Below, in pieces: positions 10,284 through 21,009 of a DNA stretch of 64,000 bases (the first letter of the stretch is position 1; each line of letters begins with the position of its first letter). The stretch lies in NCBI GenBank assembly GCA_046290465.1, contig JBKAGP010000001.1, positions 3,328,001 to 3,392,000 of the forward strand. Reading direction: 5' to 3'. Both the position numbers and the translations under genes were made by a program. Under the pieces are notes generated by a model. That model worked only from the letters and a program-made list of their open reading frames with translations, was not told the DNA's origin and did not search any database. The DNA comes from Planctomycetota bacterium (GTDB lineage Bacteria > Planctomycetota > UBA1135 > UBA2386).

Positions 10284-11621
10284 ATGTCCACCAACACCCA
10301 AGCTCTGCCCGCGGAGCAGCTCGCGAAGAAGATCGACGACCGCACCGCGACCGTCGCGATCATCGGTCTCGGTTACGTCGGTCTGCCGCTCGTGCGCGTG
10401 CTGCACGACGTCGGTTTTCCGGTGCTCGGCTTCGACTGCGACGAGCGCAAGATCGAGAAGCTCGGGCGCGGTGAGTCCTACCTGAAGCATCTCGGTGAGG
10501 ACTTCGTCGCCGACCTGTGCAAGTCCGAGCGCTTCCGCGCGTCGTCGGACCCGCAGACGCTCGCCGACGCCGACGTGCTGATCCTGTGCGTGCCGTCGCC
10601 GATCGGTCGCCACCACGAGCCGGACCTGTCGTTCATCGTCGAGTCGACGCGCATGATCGCCAAGGTCCTGCGACCGGGGCAGCTGATCTGCCTGGAGTCG
10701 ACGACCTACCCGGGCACGACCCGCGGCGATTGCCTGCCGATCCTCGAGCAGAGCGGCCTGACCGCCGGCGAGGACTTCTTCGTCGCGTTCTCGCCCGAGC
10801 GCGAGGACCCGGGCCGCAAGGACTTTTCGACGTCGACGATCCCGAAGCTGGTCGGCGGCATCGACCCGGTCAGCACCAGGCTGGCGACGGCGCTCTACTC
10901 GGCGGGCATCGGCCAGACGGTCGCGGTCGAATCGGCCGAGGTCGCCGAGGCGGCCAAGCTGCTCGAGAACATCTACCGCTGCATCAACATCGCCCTCGTC
11001 AACGAGCTCAAGCCGCTGATGACGGACATGGGCATCGACATCTGGGACGTGATCGGCGCGGCCAGCACCAAGCCGTTCGGCTTCCAGGCGTTCTGGCCGG
11101 GCCCGGGTCTCGGCGGTCACTGCATCCCGATCGATCCGTTCTACCTGACGTGGAAGGCCAAGGAGTTCGGCCACCGCACGCGCTTCATCGAGCTCGCCGG
11201 CGAGATCAACAACTCGATGCCCGACTACGTGGTCAGCCGCGTCGTCGAGGCACTCAACGACAACGGCAAGTCGGTCAAGGGCGCCAAGATCATGATCTGC
11301 GGCCTCGCCTACAAGCCCAACGTCGACGACACCCGCGAGACGCCGGCCGCCGAGATCCTGCGCCTGCTGTCCGAACGCGGCGCGGAGCTCTGCTACCACG
11401 ACCCGCTGGTGCAGACCTTCCCCGAGATGCGCAAGTACTCGTTCGACATGCAGTCGGTCGAGCTGTCACAGGAGAACCTCGCCAACACCGACTGTGTGGT
11501 GGTCGTCACCAACCACGACGCCACCGACTGGCAGGCGATCGCACAGCACGCGTCGCTGATCGTCGACACGCGCAACCAGATGGCGTCGTTCGACTGCAAC
11601 GGCCAGGTCTTCAAGGCCTGA
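10284..11621 (+). CDS. Nucleotide-sugar dehydrogenase (UDP-N-acetylhexosamine 6-dehydrogenase, WbpA/WecC-like)
   Basis: [58 protein letters not shown]. Confidence 0.92.
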   Translation: MSTNTQALPAEQLAKKIDDRTATVAIIGLGYVGLPLVRVLHDVGFPVLGFDCDERKIEKLGRGESYLKHLGEDFVADLCKSERFRASSDPQTLADADVLILCVPSPIGRHHEPDLSFIVESTRMIAKVLRPGQLICLESTTYPGTTRGDCLPILEQSGLTAGEDFFVAFSPEREDPGRKDFSTSTIPKLVGGIDPVSTRLATALYSAGIGQTVAVESAEVAEAAKLLENIYRCINIALVNELKPLMTDMGIDIWDVIGAASTKPFGFQAFWPGPGLGGHCIPIDPFYLTWKAKEFGHRTRFIELAGEINNSMPDYVVSRVVEALNDNGKSVKGAKIMICGLAYKPNVDDTRETPAAEILRLLSERGAELCYHDPLVQTFPEMRKYSFDMQSVELSQENLANTDCVVVVTNHDATDWQAIAQHASLIVDTRNQMASFDCNGQVFKA

Positions 11622-11643
11622 GCCGCGCCGCGTCGGCGCCGGT

Positions 11644-13539
11644 TCAGCGGCCCTGCTGCTCGAGCGTGCGCCGGCGCCAGTCCGCCTCGATCTCGCGCAC
11701 GCGCGCGGGCGTGAGCGGCACCTCGCGCGCCCTCGTCACCAAGTCGGGGCCTGCGACGGTGACGTTGGGATCCAGGTCCTCGACGTAGGCCTGCGGCGCC
11801 AACCGCTCGTGCGCCATGAAGCGCAGCGATCCGAAGAACGGCCCGACCCGCTCCATCTCGGTCCGCGTCAACGAGTCCGGGGCCTCGTCGCCGAACTGCA
11901 GCAACAAGAAGGCGACCAGCCCGTCGACGTGCTTGTGGTCGAGCCCGGGCAACGCCGCGAGCACCGCGCGCAGCTCCGCCCCGGTGTAGCGGCCGTCGCC
12001 GTCCGCGTCGCCGCTGCCGAGCAGCAGCTGCAGCAGCGCATCCGGCATCAGGACGCGCGCCGAGCGTCCGCCCGTCGGGGCCCGCGCGACCGCCCAGTCG
12101 TTGAGTCCGTGCAGGTCCAGGATCGCCACGTCGGGCAGCACCCATCCGGGCAGCCCCACTCCCTTGTAGGCGGCGACCGGCAGATCGTCCGGATCGACCT
12201 CGCGACGCGACCGTTCGGGCAGCTCGCGTCGCAGGCCCTCGAGGAACATCGCGTGCACCTGCGGACGGCCACACAGCACCTGCACGTGCAGCCAGCTCTG
12301 CTGGCGGTCGTGCCAGCGTGCGAGTGGCGCGAACAGGCTCGGCACCTTGGGTTCGATCGGCCGGTAGAACGGCGTCAGCGTCGGCTCCTGGTAGCAGTAG
12401 TGCGCCCATCCGAGCAGGCTCGCGACCCCGACCAGCAGCGAGCCGGCGATCGCCAGCGCCGAGTCGCCGCGCAGCCGCGCGCCGATCGCCAGCACCCCGA
12501 GCCCACCCAGCGGCACCAGATGGCTGAGCACGCGATACTCGAACGGGTCGCCGCCGACGCGGATCACGTAGTAGCCGAGGTGGAACAGCAGTGCCCCGAC
12601 GGCGGCGAGCGCCGGCAGGTTGTCGGCGATCGCACGCAGCGCGCGCGCCGGCCCGCGCGCCAGTTCTGCCAGCGCCCAGACCAGCACGATCGGCGGCCAC
12701 AGCCACGCGCCGTGCTCGAGCAGGAAGCAGCCGAGGAAGCGCAGGCCGGCCTCCGGCCAGGGCTCGGTGACCTTGGCGTAGTAGGTGTTGGGCAGCCACT
12801 CGCCGTAGTAGCAGCGCCGCCACAGCACGTGCGCGACCACCGCGGCGAGCGGCGCCATCGACAAGGTCGCCGGCACGGCACGCATGCCGCAGCGCAGCAC
12901 GGTCACGACGACCACCGCGCCGGTTGCGCCGACCAGCAGCAGGCCGTCCGGGCGCGTCAGCGCCGCGACCGCGGCAGTCGTCGACCACAGCAACAGCCAG
13001 GCGGCGCTACGCAGATCCGCGCGGCGAAACGCGAGCACCACCCACGACACGAACGCCAGGTTGAACAGCGCCGTCTCGAGGCCGCTCGTCCACCACGTCA
13101 AGAACGTCCGGTTGGTCGCGACGAACAGCAGCCCGAGCAACACCGCCACGACCGACAGCGGCCGGCCCGAACGATCGCGGAGCCGCGACGCCGCCACCGC
13201 CGTCACCGCGAGCAGGCAGAGACCGAAACCGATCGACAGCACGTTGGCCGACTCGGGCGGCGCAACGTCGAACCAGCTCCACACGGCCCACAGCACCATC
13301 ACCCACAGAAAGCACGTGTAGCCTTCGACCGGTTGGAACGGCGCGACGTTCCAGACCAGGCCGTTGCCGTCGTGGGCGTTGGCGACGTAGCGGAACGCGA
13401 TGTAGGCGTCGTCGCACAGGAACTCCAGCTGCAGCGCACCGAACACCGCGAGCGCGGCGAGCACCAGCGTGCCGCCGAACAGCTTGGTTCCGCGCATGGC
13501 AGGGCCACGGCGCTCGGAGAGGGAGTCCGGTTGGTGCAT
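11644..13539 (-). CDS. Polytopic GT-C-fold glycosyltransferase (AftB/arabinofuranosyltransferase-like)
   Basis: CDDAYIAFRY, PVEGYT, SGLET, LTRPDG, LPNTYYAK, GGD, LDLHGLND; many TM segments. Start could be 13497. Confidence 0.72.
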   Translation of the reverse strand: MHQPDSLSERRGPAMRGTKLFGGTLVLAALAVFGALQLEFLCDDAYIAFRYVANAHDGNGLVWNVAPFQPVEGYTCFLWVMVLWAVWSWFDVAPPESANVLSIGFGLCLLAVTAVAASRLRDRSGRPLSVVAVLLGLLFVATNRTFLTWWTSGLETALFNLAFVSWVVLAFRRADLRSAAWLLLWSTTAAVAALTRPDGLLLVGATGAVVVVTVLRCGMRAVPATLSMAPLAAVVAHVLWRRCYYGEWLPNTYYAKVTEPWPEAGLRFLGCFLLEHGAWLWPPIVLVWALAELARGPARALRAIADNLPALAAVGALLFHLGYYVIRVGGDPFEYRVLSHLVPLGGLGVLAIGARLRGDSALAIAGSLLVGVASLLGWAHYCYQEPTLTPFYRPIEPKVPSLFAPLARWHDRQQSWLHVQVLCGRPQVHAMFLEGLRRELPERSRREVDPDDLPVAAYKGVGLPGWVLPDVAILDLHGLNDWAVARAPTGGRSARVLMPDALLQLLLGSGDADGDGRYTGAELRAVLAALPGLDHKHVDGLVAFLLLQFGDEAPDSLTRTEMERVGPFFGSLRFMAHERLAPQAYVEDLDPNVTVAGPDLVTRAREVPLTPARVREIEADWRRRTLEQQGR

Positions 13540-13668
13540 GGTTGCGACGAGCGGCCCAAACGACACTACATCGCCGTCGCCCGTGCAAGTGGCCGCACGC
13601 GCACCGGATGCGCGGTCTCCGGGAATCGGAGGGAGCTCGCGGCCCCGGTCGCCGCGCTGCCACCGGCC

Positions 13669-14955
13669 CTACGCGGAGCCGACCCGTTCGGCGGTGGCCG
13701 CGGCCTCGAGCTGGGCCGATCCCGGCACCGACCGGGGCTGCCGGATCGCGATCACCGCGAGCACCAGGAACAGCAGTTCGGTCGCGCACAGCGCCGCGAA
13801 CGCCCCGGCTGCCGACGCGTAGCTGCACGCCGGCCAGACGATCACGAGCGCCAGCACGCTGACCCCGACGCGCAGACGCGTCGCCGCGGCGGCGCCGTTC
13901 TCGCGCAGGGTCTGCAGCGCGACGACCATCACCGCAGCGGTCGCCTCGAGGCTCGCGAACACGAACGCCAGCGGCAGCAGCTGGCCGACCGGGGCGAACT
14001 CGGGGCCGAAAACCATGTCGACCAACCACTCGCCGAGCAGCAGCGCACCGACGACCCCGGCGACGCCACAGCCGCCGAGCAGCAGGCAGACCTTGTTGAG
14101 CATGCGCCAGGCACCGCGCTGGTCCGCGTGACCCGCGAACAGCGCGAGGCGCGGCCGCGCGACGCTGCTGAGCGCCATCGCGAGCAGGCGCATCGGCCCG
14201 ATCGTCGTCGCCGCGGCGCCGAACACGCCGACGGCCCCGGCACCGGCGGCAGCCTGCAGCACGAACGGCTGCACCCGGGAGCACACCGAGTTGGCGACCG
14301 AGCCGGTCGCCATCGGCGGCCCCATCCGATGGAACCTGCCCAGCACGTCGTCCGGCACCGCGGTGCTCGCCGGCCGCTGGCGGTTCATCGCCAGCGCCGC
14401 GAGGCCGAAGCCGACCGCCGTCGCGGCGAAGTAGCCGGTCAGCAGCACCTGTGGCGAGGCGTCGTGCAGGGACAGGGCCACCAGCAGCGGCAGCATCAGC
14501 CCACCGAAGTCCGCCCAGAAAACCGAGCGCGACCGGAACCGCGCCTGCTGGCGCGAACGCGCCGCGTTGACGGCGCCGCTGGCGAACAGCGCCGCGCCGA
14601 ACGCCAGCCACGGCCACGCGCCGAGCGGTTCGTCGACCAGCAGCGGCGCCAGAAGCGCCCCGAACAGGGCCAGCCACGCCGACCAGCGCACGTGCCGTCG
14701 CGCGACACGCCACAGGAAGCCTTCGCGGCAGTCGTCCTGAAGCCCGGGGCCGATCGACAGCATCGGCGACAGGTTGACGGCATTGGGGATCGCCGTCGCG
14801 ACCGTCTCGATCGTGATGCACAGCACGTAGACGGCGTACATCGCCGGTCCGCACAGACGCGCCACCAGGATCGCGCTGAGCAGCCGGAACATCGACCGCC
14901 CGGCGCTGTCCGCGAGCGCGTAGAACTTGTCGCGCTTGCCCGGCGCTACCGACAT
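13669..14955 (-). CDS. Polysaccharide flippase (Wzx/MATE-like)
   Basis: About 428 aa, about 12 hydrophobic segments, AVGVFGAA and VFGPEF motifs, polysaccharide-cluster context. Confidence 0.75.
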   Translation of the reverse strand: MSVAPGKRDKFYALADSAGRSMFRLLSAILVARLCGPAMYAVYVLCITIETVATAIPNAVNLSPMLSIGPGLQDDCREGFLWRVARRHVRWSAWLALFGALLAPLLVDEPLGAWPWLAFGAALFASGAVNAARSRQQARFRSRSVFWADFGGLMLPLLVALSLHDASPQVLLTGYFAATAVGFGLAALAMNRQRPASTAVPDDVLGRFHRMGPPMATGSVANSVCSRVQPFVLQAAAGAGAVGVFGAAATTIGPMRLLAMALSSVARPRLALFAGHADQRGAWRMLNKVCLLLGGCGVAGVVGALLLGEWLVDMVFGPEFAPVGQLLPLAFVFASLEATAAVMVVALQTLRENGAAAATRLRVGVSVLALVIVWPACSYASAAGAFAALCATELLFLVLAVIAIRQPRSVPGSAQLEAAATAERVGSA

Positions 14956-15512
14956 GCAGCCTCCTCGCGCCGCGCGTCGACCACGTCGACGGCACGGTCG
15001 CCGCGCAGCGCGCCCAGCAGCTGCTGCGCGTTCTGTCGCCACGTGAACCGCTCGAGCACGAAGCCGCGACCCGACCGCCCCATCGCGGCGAGCCGCTGCC
15101 GATCCCCGAGGGCGTCGTGCAGCGCCCGCGCGATCGCGTCGGTGTCGCGCGGTTCGACGACCCAACCGTGCTGGTCGTCGGCCGGGTCGCTCGTCACCAG
15201 GCCGATCTGTGGCGCGAGGCCGCAGTCCGACGTCATCAGCACCGGGCTGGAGCACGCCAGTGCCTCGACGTAGACGAGCCCGAACGCCTCCGACCACGAC
15301 GGCATCGCGAACAGGTCGGCCCAGACCATCCACTGCATCAACGCTTGTTGGTCCATACGCGGGATCACGCGGATGCGATCGCCGAGCCGGGCGGCCGCGA
15401 CCTTGCGTCGCAACGGCGCCGGCGCGTCGGTGACCAGCACCAGCACCGCGTCCGGATGCGGCCCCGCGACCCGCGCGAAGGCCTCGACCAGCTGCTCGAA
15501 GCCCTTGCGCGC
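14946..15512 (-). pseudogene. Glycosyltransferase family 4, C-terminal domain only (5' truncated)
   Basis: RKGFEQLVEAF...ADLFAMPSWSEAFGLVYVEALAC...FTW. The N-terminal domain is absent and the sequence abuts an opposite-strand gene. Confidence 0.8.
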
Positions 15513-15517
15513 TCGGC

Positions 15518-16673
15518 GTGATGTTCGCGTGCCGGCGCATGCTCTACACGGGCACGCTCGGCCAGATCCTCGGCATGCACCTCGGCGGGCTGGTGCTGGG
15601 CATCCTGCTGGTCGCGTCGACGGCCTGGTCGACGGACATGGTGCTGACCGTCAAGCGCTCGATGGTCTACGTGTTCGGCTACCTGATGCTGATCTCGCTG
15701 GTGCACGTGCCGCGGCGGCCGATGCAGTACTACATGCGAACGGTCGTGTTCGGCATGGGCTGGATCGCGTGGATCTCGATCGCGACGTACTTCACGTTCC
15801 CGAAGAGCCACACGGTGCTGTCGATCCGGCCGGGGCTCGCCGGCCTGACCGTGCACCCCAACGTGTTCGGACCGTGCCTGGAGATGGCGTTCGGCCTCGC
15901 GCTCGGCATGCCGGTGGTCACGCGGTTCCAGAAGCTGTCGCGATACTGGGCGATGGCCGGCATCCTGCTCGCCCCGGCTGATGTCGAACTCGGTGACCGC
16001 GCTGATCGCCACCGCCGTCGCCACCGGCATCTACGCACTGATGACGTGCCCCGCCTACCGGGCGGGCGCCTACCTGCTCAGCGGCCTCGCGCTCGGTGCG
16101 ATCGTGAAGTTCATCGGGGTCGGCACCATCAAGTCGTTCTTCTTCGAACTGGTCGGCCGGGACGAGTCGATGTCGGGCCGCGACACGCTGTGGGCCGACG
16201 TGTTCAACGCCGGCATGAAGTCGCCGGTGTTCGGCTCCGGCTACGGCGCGTTCTGGTACGAAGGGCGCGGCCGCGAGCTGACCGGCACGTGGAACCCGCG
16301 GCAGGCGCACAACGCCTACATCGACGTGTTCGTCGACATCGGTGTGCTCGGTCTGCTGCTCGTGCTCGCCGTCGTGCACTACCGGCTGCTCGGCGCGTGG
16401 CAGCGGCACGCCGGCCGCCGCGGCACGCGGCGGCGCAACGCGGTGGCGGCGTTCGTGTCGATGGCGCTGGGGCTGTGCTTCGTCGGCGCGTTCGGCGAGA
16501 GCTTCCTGCTCAAGCTCGACAAGTTTCAGTTCTTCGTGCTGTTCTGGGGCGTGATGGTCCTCGAGAACTCCGACGAGAACGACGTCTCCGCGGAGTTCGA
16601 CGAGCTCGAGCGGCAGCATCCGCTCGCATCACCGCAGCGCCACAAGCGCCCGCTGGTCTCGACCGCGCCGTAG
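15518..16673 (+). pseudogene. O-antigen ligase/polymerase (Wzy/WaaL family), frameshifted near 15975, probably 5' truncated
   Basis: HPNVFG in the first frame. SNSVTAL, GRDESMSGRDTLW, GSGYGAFW and QAHNAYID in the second frame. Confidence 0.8.
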
Positions 16674-16688
16674 CCCGCGGCGCGGCGC

Positions 16689-18131
16689 TCAGGTACCGCT
16701 GTTGATCGGCGCGCGACCGTAGCGGTCGTCGAAGCGCACGATGTCGTCCTCGCCGACGTAGTCGCCGCTCTGCACCTCGATCAGCACCAGATCGACCTTG
16801 CCCGGATTCTCCAGCCGGTGCTTGGTGCCGACCGGGATGTAGGTCGACTGGTTGCCGTAGACCATGCGCACCTCGTCGTCGCAGGTCACCTTGGCGCTGC
16901 CGGACACGACGACCCAGTGCTCGGAACGATGGTGGTGCATCTGCAGCGACAGCGTCTCGCCGGGGCGAACGATGATCTCCTTGATCTTCGAGCGCGGCCC
17001 TTCGTGCAGCGTCTGGTAGGTGCCCCACGGACGCGACACCGTGCGATGCAGGGTCGCGGCCTCGTGCCCCTTTTCCTTGAGCCGACGGACGACCTCCTTG
17101 ACCTGCTGGCTGGCGTTCTTGTCCGCGACCAGCAGGGCGTCCGGGGTGTCGATGATGATCAGGTCGTCGACGCCGACCGCAGCGACCACCCGGCCGACCT
17201 CGGTCTGCACGTGCGTGTTGTTGGTGTCGACGAGCAGCGTTTCGCCGACCGTCGTGTTGCCGTCGACGTCGCGCGGCAGCTGCTCGGCGACGGCCTTCCA
17301 CGAACCGATGTCGCTCCAGTGGAAGTTGGCGCGCAGCAGCGCGATGTTGCTGGCCTTCTCCATCACCGCGTAGTCGATCGAGATGTCGGGCAGCTGCTCG
17401 AACACTTCACGATCGAACTTGACCTCGGCGGCGTTGACGCTGCTGGCCTGCGCCTGCGCCCAGACGTCGTGCGCAGCCTCGAGCACTTCGGGAGCGTGTT
17501 CGCCGATCGCGTCGAGGATCGTCGACGCCTTGAAGCAGAACATGCCGCTGTTCCAGACGAAGTTGCCCGCCGCCAGGAACTCCTGGGCACGGGCGAGGTC
17601 CGGCTTCTCGACGAATCGCACCACCGCGCTGCCGCCCTGCTCGAGTTCGTCGCCCAGCTCGACGTAGCCGAAGCCGGTCTCGGGCGACGTCGGCTGGATG
17701 CCGAACAGCACCAGACGGCCGGTCTCGGCGATGCGCTCCGCCTCGCGGCACGCATTCTGGAACGCGACCTCGTCGGGGATCAGGTGATCCGCCGCGAGCA
17801 CCAGCATCGTCGGGTCCTTGCCGCGCGTGCTCGCCGCCAGCGCCGCCAGAGCAACGGCTGGTGCGGTGTTGCGGCCACACGGCTCCAGCAACTGGAACAG
17901 CGTGCGGTCCTTCAACTCCGGCACCTGCGCCGCTTCGTCCCGCGTGCGGAAGCCGTAGCTCTCGTTGGTCACGACGAAGATCGAGTCCTCTGCCAGCGGG
18001 GCGCTGCGCTTCAGCACGCGCTGCAGGAGGCTCGGCCCGTCGGCGAGCTTGATGAACGGCTTGGGGCACGCCGCGCGGGACACCGGCCATAGCCGGGTTC
18101 CAGAACCACCTGAGAGGATGACTGGGATCAT
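16689..18131 (-). CDS. manC: Mannose-1-phosphate guanylyltransferase / mannose-6-phosphate isomerase
   Basis: PVILSGGSGTRLWPVSR, EPCGRNTAPA, FVEKP, SIDYAVME, WSDIGSW, RPWG, cupin SLQMHHHRSEHW. Confidence 0.95.
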   Translation of the reverse strand: MIPVILSGGSGTRLWPVSRAACPKPFIKLADGPSLLQRVLKRSAPLAEDSIFVVTNESYGFRTRDEAAQVPELKDRTLFQLLEPCGRNTAPAVALAALAASTRGKDPTMLVLAADHLIPDEVAFQNACREAERIAETGRLVLFGIQPTSPETGFGYVELGDELEQGGSAVVRFVEKPDLARAQEFLAAGNFVWNSGMFCFKASTILDAIGEHAPEVLEAAHDVWAQAQASSVNAAEVKFDREVFEQLPDISIDYAVMEKASNIALLRANFHWSDIGSWKAVAEQLPRDVDGNTTVGETLLVDTNNTHVQTEVGRVVAAVGVDDLIIIDTPDALLVADKNASQQVKEVVRRLKEKGHEAATLHRTVSRPWGTYQTLHEGPRSKIKEIIVRPGETLSLQMHHHRSEHWVVVSGSAKVTCDDEVRMVYGNQSTYIPVGTKHRLENPGKVDLVLIEVQSGDYVGEDDIVRFDDRYGRAPINSGT

Positions 18132-18381
18132 GTGCGCGTCGCCAACTGTGGGGGGATCGAATCCGTCTTCGGGTTTCCACTCGGATCCGACCACGGGCGG
18201 CCACCCCTCTCGCTCTCCATCGACGATCGGGGCGGCACTGGGGGATGCCCGCAGCAGACCTGGGCACCCGATGCATCGACGCGTCCGGTCGCGAACTGTA
18301 GGCACAATCCCGATGGCGTGGCGTTTTCCGCGCCGCCGTCGCGGCGAACGGCTACCCTCCGCCGCCGGAGTGACGCCGACG

Positions 18382-21009
18382 ATGATCCGTACGAGACCGT
18401 TCTTCGCCTTCCTCGCCGCCGCTGCGATCGCGCCCGCGCAGCAGCCGACCCACGTGCCCCCGGAGGCCTTCGACGTGCCCGACGGGCTCGAGGTGACGGT
18501 CTGGGCGACGTCGCCGCTGCTGCAGAACCCGACCAACATGGACGTCGACCACCGCGGCCGCATCTGGGTGACCGAGGGCGTCAACTACCGCGGCAAGGCG
18601 CGCCGCCGGCCGGCCGGCGACCGCGTCGTGGTGCTCGAGGATCGCGACGGCGACGGCGTCGCCGAGACCAGCACCGTGTTCGTGCAGGAGCCGGCGCTGG
18701 TCTCGCCGCTCGGCATCGCGGTGTTCGACAACGTCGTCGTGGTCTCGCAGCCGCCCGAGCTGCTGGTCTACACCGACGTCGACCGCGACCTCGAGTTCGA
18801 CCCAGCGACCGACACGCGCGAAGTGCGCCTGTCCGGCTTCCAGGGGCGCAACCACGACCACAGCCTGCACTCGGTCACCGCCGGCCCCGACGGCCGCTGG
18901 TACTGGAACAGCGGCAACTGCGGCGCGATCTTCACCGACCGATCCGGCTACACGTTCCGGATCACCAGTTCGTACATGGACCCCAAGGGCGTCGCCGGCA
19001 CCGCCAGCGACGACGGCCACGTCTACGTCGGCGGCTTCACCGCGCGCATGCAGCCCGACGGCAGCGCCGTCGAGATCATCGGCCACAACTACCGCAACAG
19101 CTACGAACAGGTGGTCACGTCGCTCGGCGACGTGTTCCAGAGCGACAACGACGACCCGCCGGCGTGCCGCGTCACCCACGTGCTCGAGTACGGCAACGCG
19201 GGGTTCTCGTCGCGCGACGGCCAGCGCTCGTGGCGCGCCGACCAGCGCCACGGACAGGACACGCCGAGGGCCGAATGGCGGCAGGACGACCCCGGCACGA
19301 TGCCGGCCGGCGACGTCTACGGCGGCGGCTCCCCCACCGGCGTCGCGTTCTACGAGAACGGCGCGCTCGACCCCAGATGGCAAGGCATGCTGCTCGCGTG
19401 CGAGCCGGGCCGCAACACGGTGTTCGGCTACTTCCCCGAACGCGACGGTGCAAGCTACCGGCTCGAGCGGTTCGACTTCCTGACGACCAACAGCGAGCAC
19501 CGCTTCGTCGGCTCCGACTTCACCGGCGGCCGCTGGGACGGCAAGCTCCACACGCAGTTCCGGCCTTCGGACGTCTGCGTCGGGGCCGACGGCACGATCT
19601 ACGTCGCCGACTGGTTCGACGGTCGCGTCGGCGGCCACCAGACCCTCGACGACGCGCGCTCGGGCACGATCTATCGGATCGTGCCGACCGGCGAGAACCC
19701 CCAGACCCCGGAGCTCGATCTCGACGAGCCGCTGGGCCAGATGCATGCGCTCGCCAGCCCGGCCGTCAACGTCCGCCACCTCGGCTTCCGGAGGCTGCGC
19801 GACGCCGGCGACGACGCCCAGCCGCTGCTGCAGGTCCTGAAAGCACTCGACGAGCCGTTCTTGCTGGCGCGCGCGACGTGGCTGCAGCCCCTGCTCGGCG
19901 AGCAAGGGGCGGCAGACGCACGCGGCGGACTCGCTGCAGAACGTGCCGAGCACCGGCTGGTGACGTTCCGGGCGCTGCGCAATGCCGGCGACGACGTCGT
20001 CGCTTTGGCCGGCAAGCTGTGCCGCGACGAGGCGCCGTTCGTGCGGGCGGCCGTCGCGACCGCGCTGCGCGACGCCAAGGGCCAGGACGCGGTGAAGGCG
20101 CTGGTCGAGATCGGCCGCCGCTTCGACGGCAAGGACCGCGCCTACCTCGACGCGTTCGGGATCGGCTGCACCGGCAAGCAAGAGCAGGTCTACCGGGCGC
20201 TGGCCGAGCACGCCGGCGAACCGACCGGCTGGGACGCCAGGATGGCGTGGATCGCGTGGCGTCTCGGCGCCAGGTCCTCGGTGCCGGCGCTGGTCGCGCG
20301 CGCCCGCCACGCCGCCCTGCCGCTGCCCGAACGCACGCGCGCCGTCACCGCGCTGGCGTTCGTGCGCGACCTTGCCGCAGCCGACGCGATGCTGTCCCTC
20401 GCCGGGGACTTCGAGTTTCCGCTGCGCGACCAGGCCACCTGGTGGTGCCTCAACCGGATGGGCAACGAGTGGTCCGAGTTCGGCGTGCGCGGCAAGCTGA
20501 AGGAGCGCGGCATCTACGACCCGGACGCGGTCGAGGTGCAGGCGGTCCAGGTGCCGCCCGAACCCGACACCCCGCTCGGCATCACGGTCGCCCAGGTCCT
20601 CGCGTTGACCGGCGACGCGAAGCGCGGCGCGGCGCGCGCCGGCACCTGCTACACCTGCCACAAGGTCGGCGACATGGGCATCGCGTTCGGCCCGGACCTG
20701 ACCGCGTTCGGCAAGGCGCAGTCGAGGCAGGCAATCGTCGAGGCGATCCTGCTCCCGTCGAAGAGCATCAGCCACGGATACGTTGGCCACACCGTCGAGA
20801 CCGACGACGGCAACGTCGACGGCATCGTGCTGTCGCGCGGCGATCCGGTGATCGTGCAGTCGCAGGCGGGGCTCTTGCAGCTGCTGCCCAAGGCGAAGGT
20901 CAAGAAGATCCGCCGCATGCAGCGCTCGCTGATGTGGCCGCCGCAGCTGTTCGGGCTCGACGCACAGGCCGTCGCCGACCTGGTCGCCTGGCTGAAGGAG
21001 CAGCCGTGA
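18382..21009 (+). CDS. PVC-type heme-binding CxxCH membrane-bound dehydrogenase-domain protein
   Basis: Signal peptide, beta-propeller (NPTNMDVDHRGRIWV, GPDGRWY, RPSDVCVGADG), HEAT-like region, CYTCH followed by GPDLT. Confidence 0.88.
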   Translation: MIRTRPFFAFLAAAAIAPAQQPTHVPPEAFDVPDGLEVTVWATSPLLQNPTNMDVDHRGRIWVTEGVNYRGKARRRPAGDRVVVLEDRDGDGVAETSTVFVQEPALVSPLGIAVFDNVVVVSQPPELLVYTDVDRDLEFDPATDTREVRLSGFQGRNHDHSLHSVTAGPDGRWYWNSGNCGAIFTDRSGYTFRITSSYMDPKGVAGTASDDGHVYVGGFTARMQPDGSAVEIIGHNYRNSYEQVVTSLGDVFQSDNDDPPACRVTHVLEYGNAGFSSRDGQRSWRADQRHGQDTPRAEWRQDDPGTMPAGDVYGGGSPTGVAFYENGALDPRWQGMLLACEPGRNTVFGYFPERDGASYRLERFDFLTTNSEHRFVGSDFTGGRWDGKLHTQFRPSDVCVGADGTIYVADWFDGRVGGHQTLDDARSGTIYRIVPTGENPQTPELDLDEPLGQMHALASPAVNVRHLGFRRLRDAGDDAQPLLQVLKALDEPFLLARATWLQPLLGEQGAADARGGLAAERAEHRLVTFRALRNAGDDVVALAGKLCRDEAPFVRAAVATALRDAKGQDAVKALVEIGRRFDGKDRAYLDAFGIGCTGKQEQVYRALAEHAGEPTGWDARMAWIAWRLGARSSVPALVARARHAALPLPERTRAVTALAFVRDLAAADAMLSLAGDFEFPLRDQATWWCLNRMGNEWSEFGVRGKLKERGIYDPDAVEVQAVQVPPEPDTPLGITVAQVLALTGDAKRGAARAGTCYTCHKVGDMGIAFGPDLTAFGKAQSRQAIVEAILLPSKSISHGYVGHTVETDDGNVDGIVLSRGDPVIVQSQAGLLQLLPKAKVKKIRRMQRSLMWPPQLFGLDAQAVADLVAWLKEQP

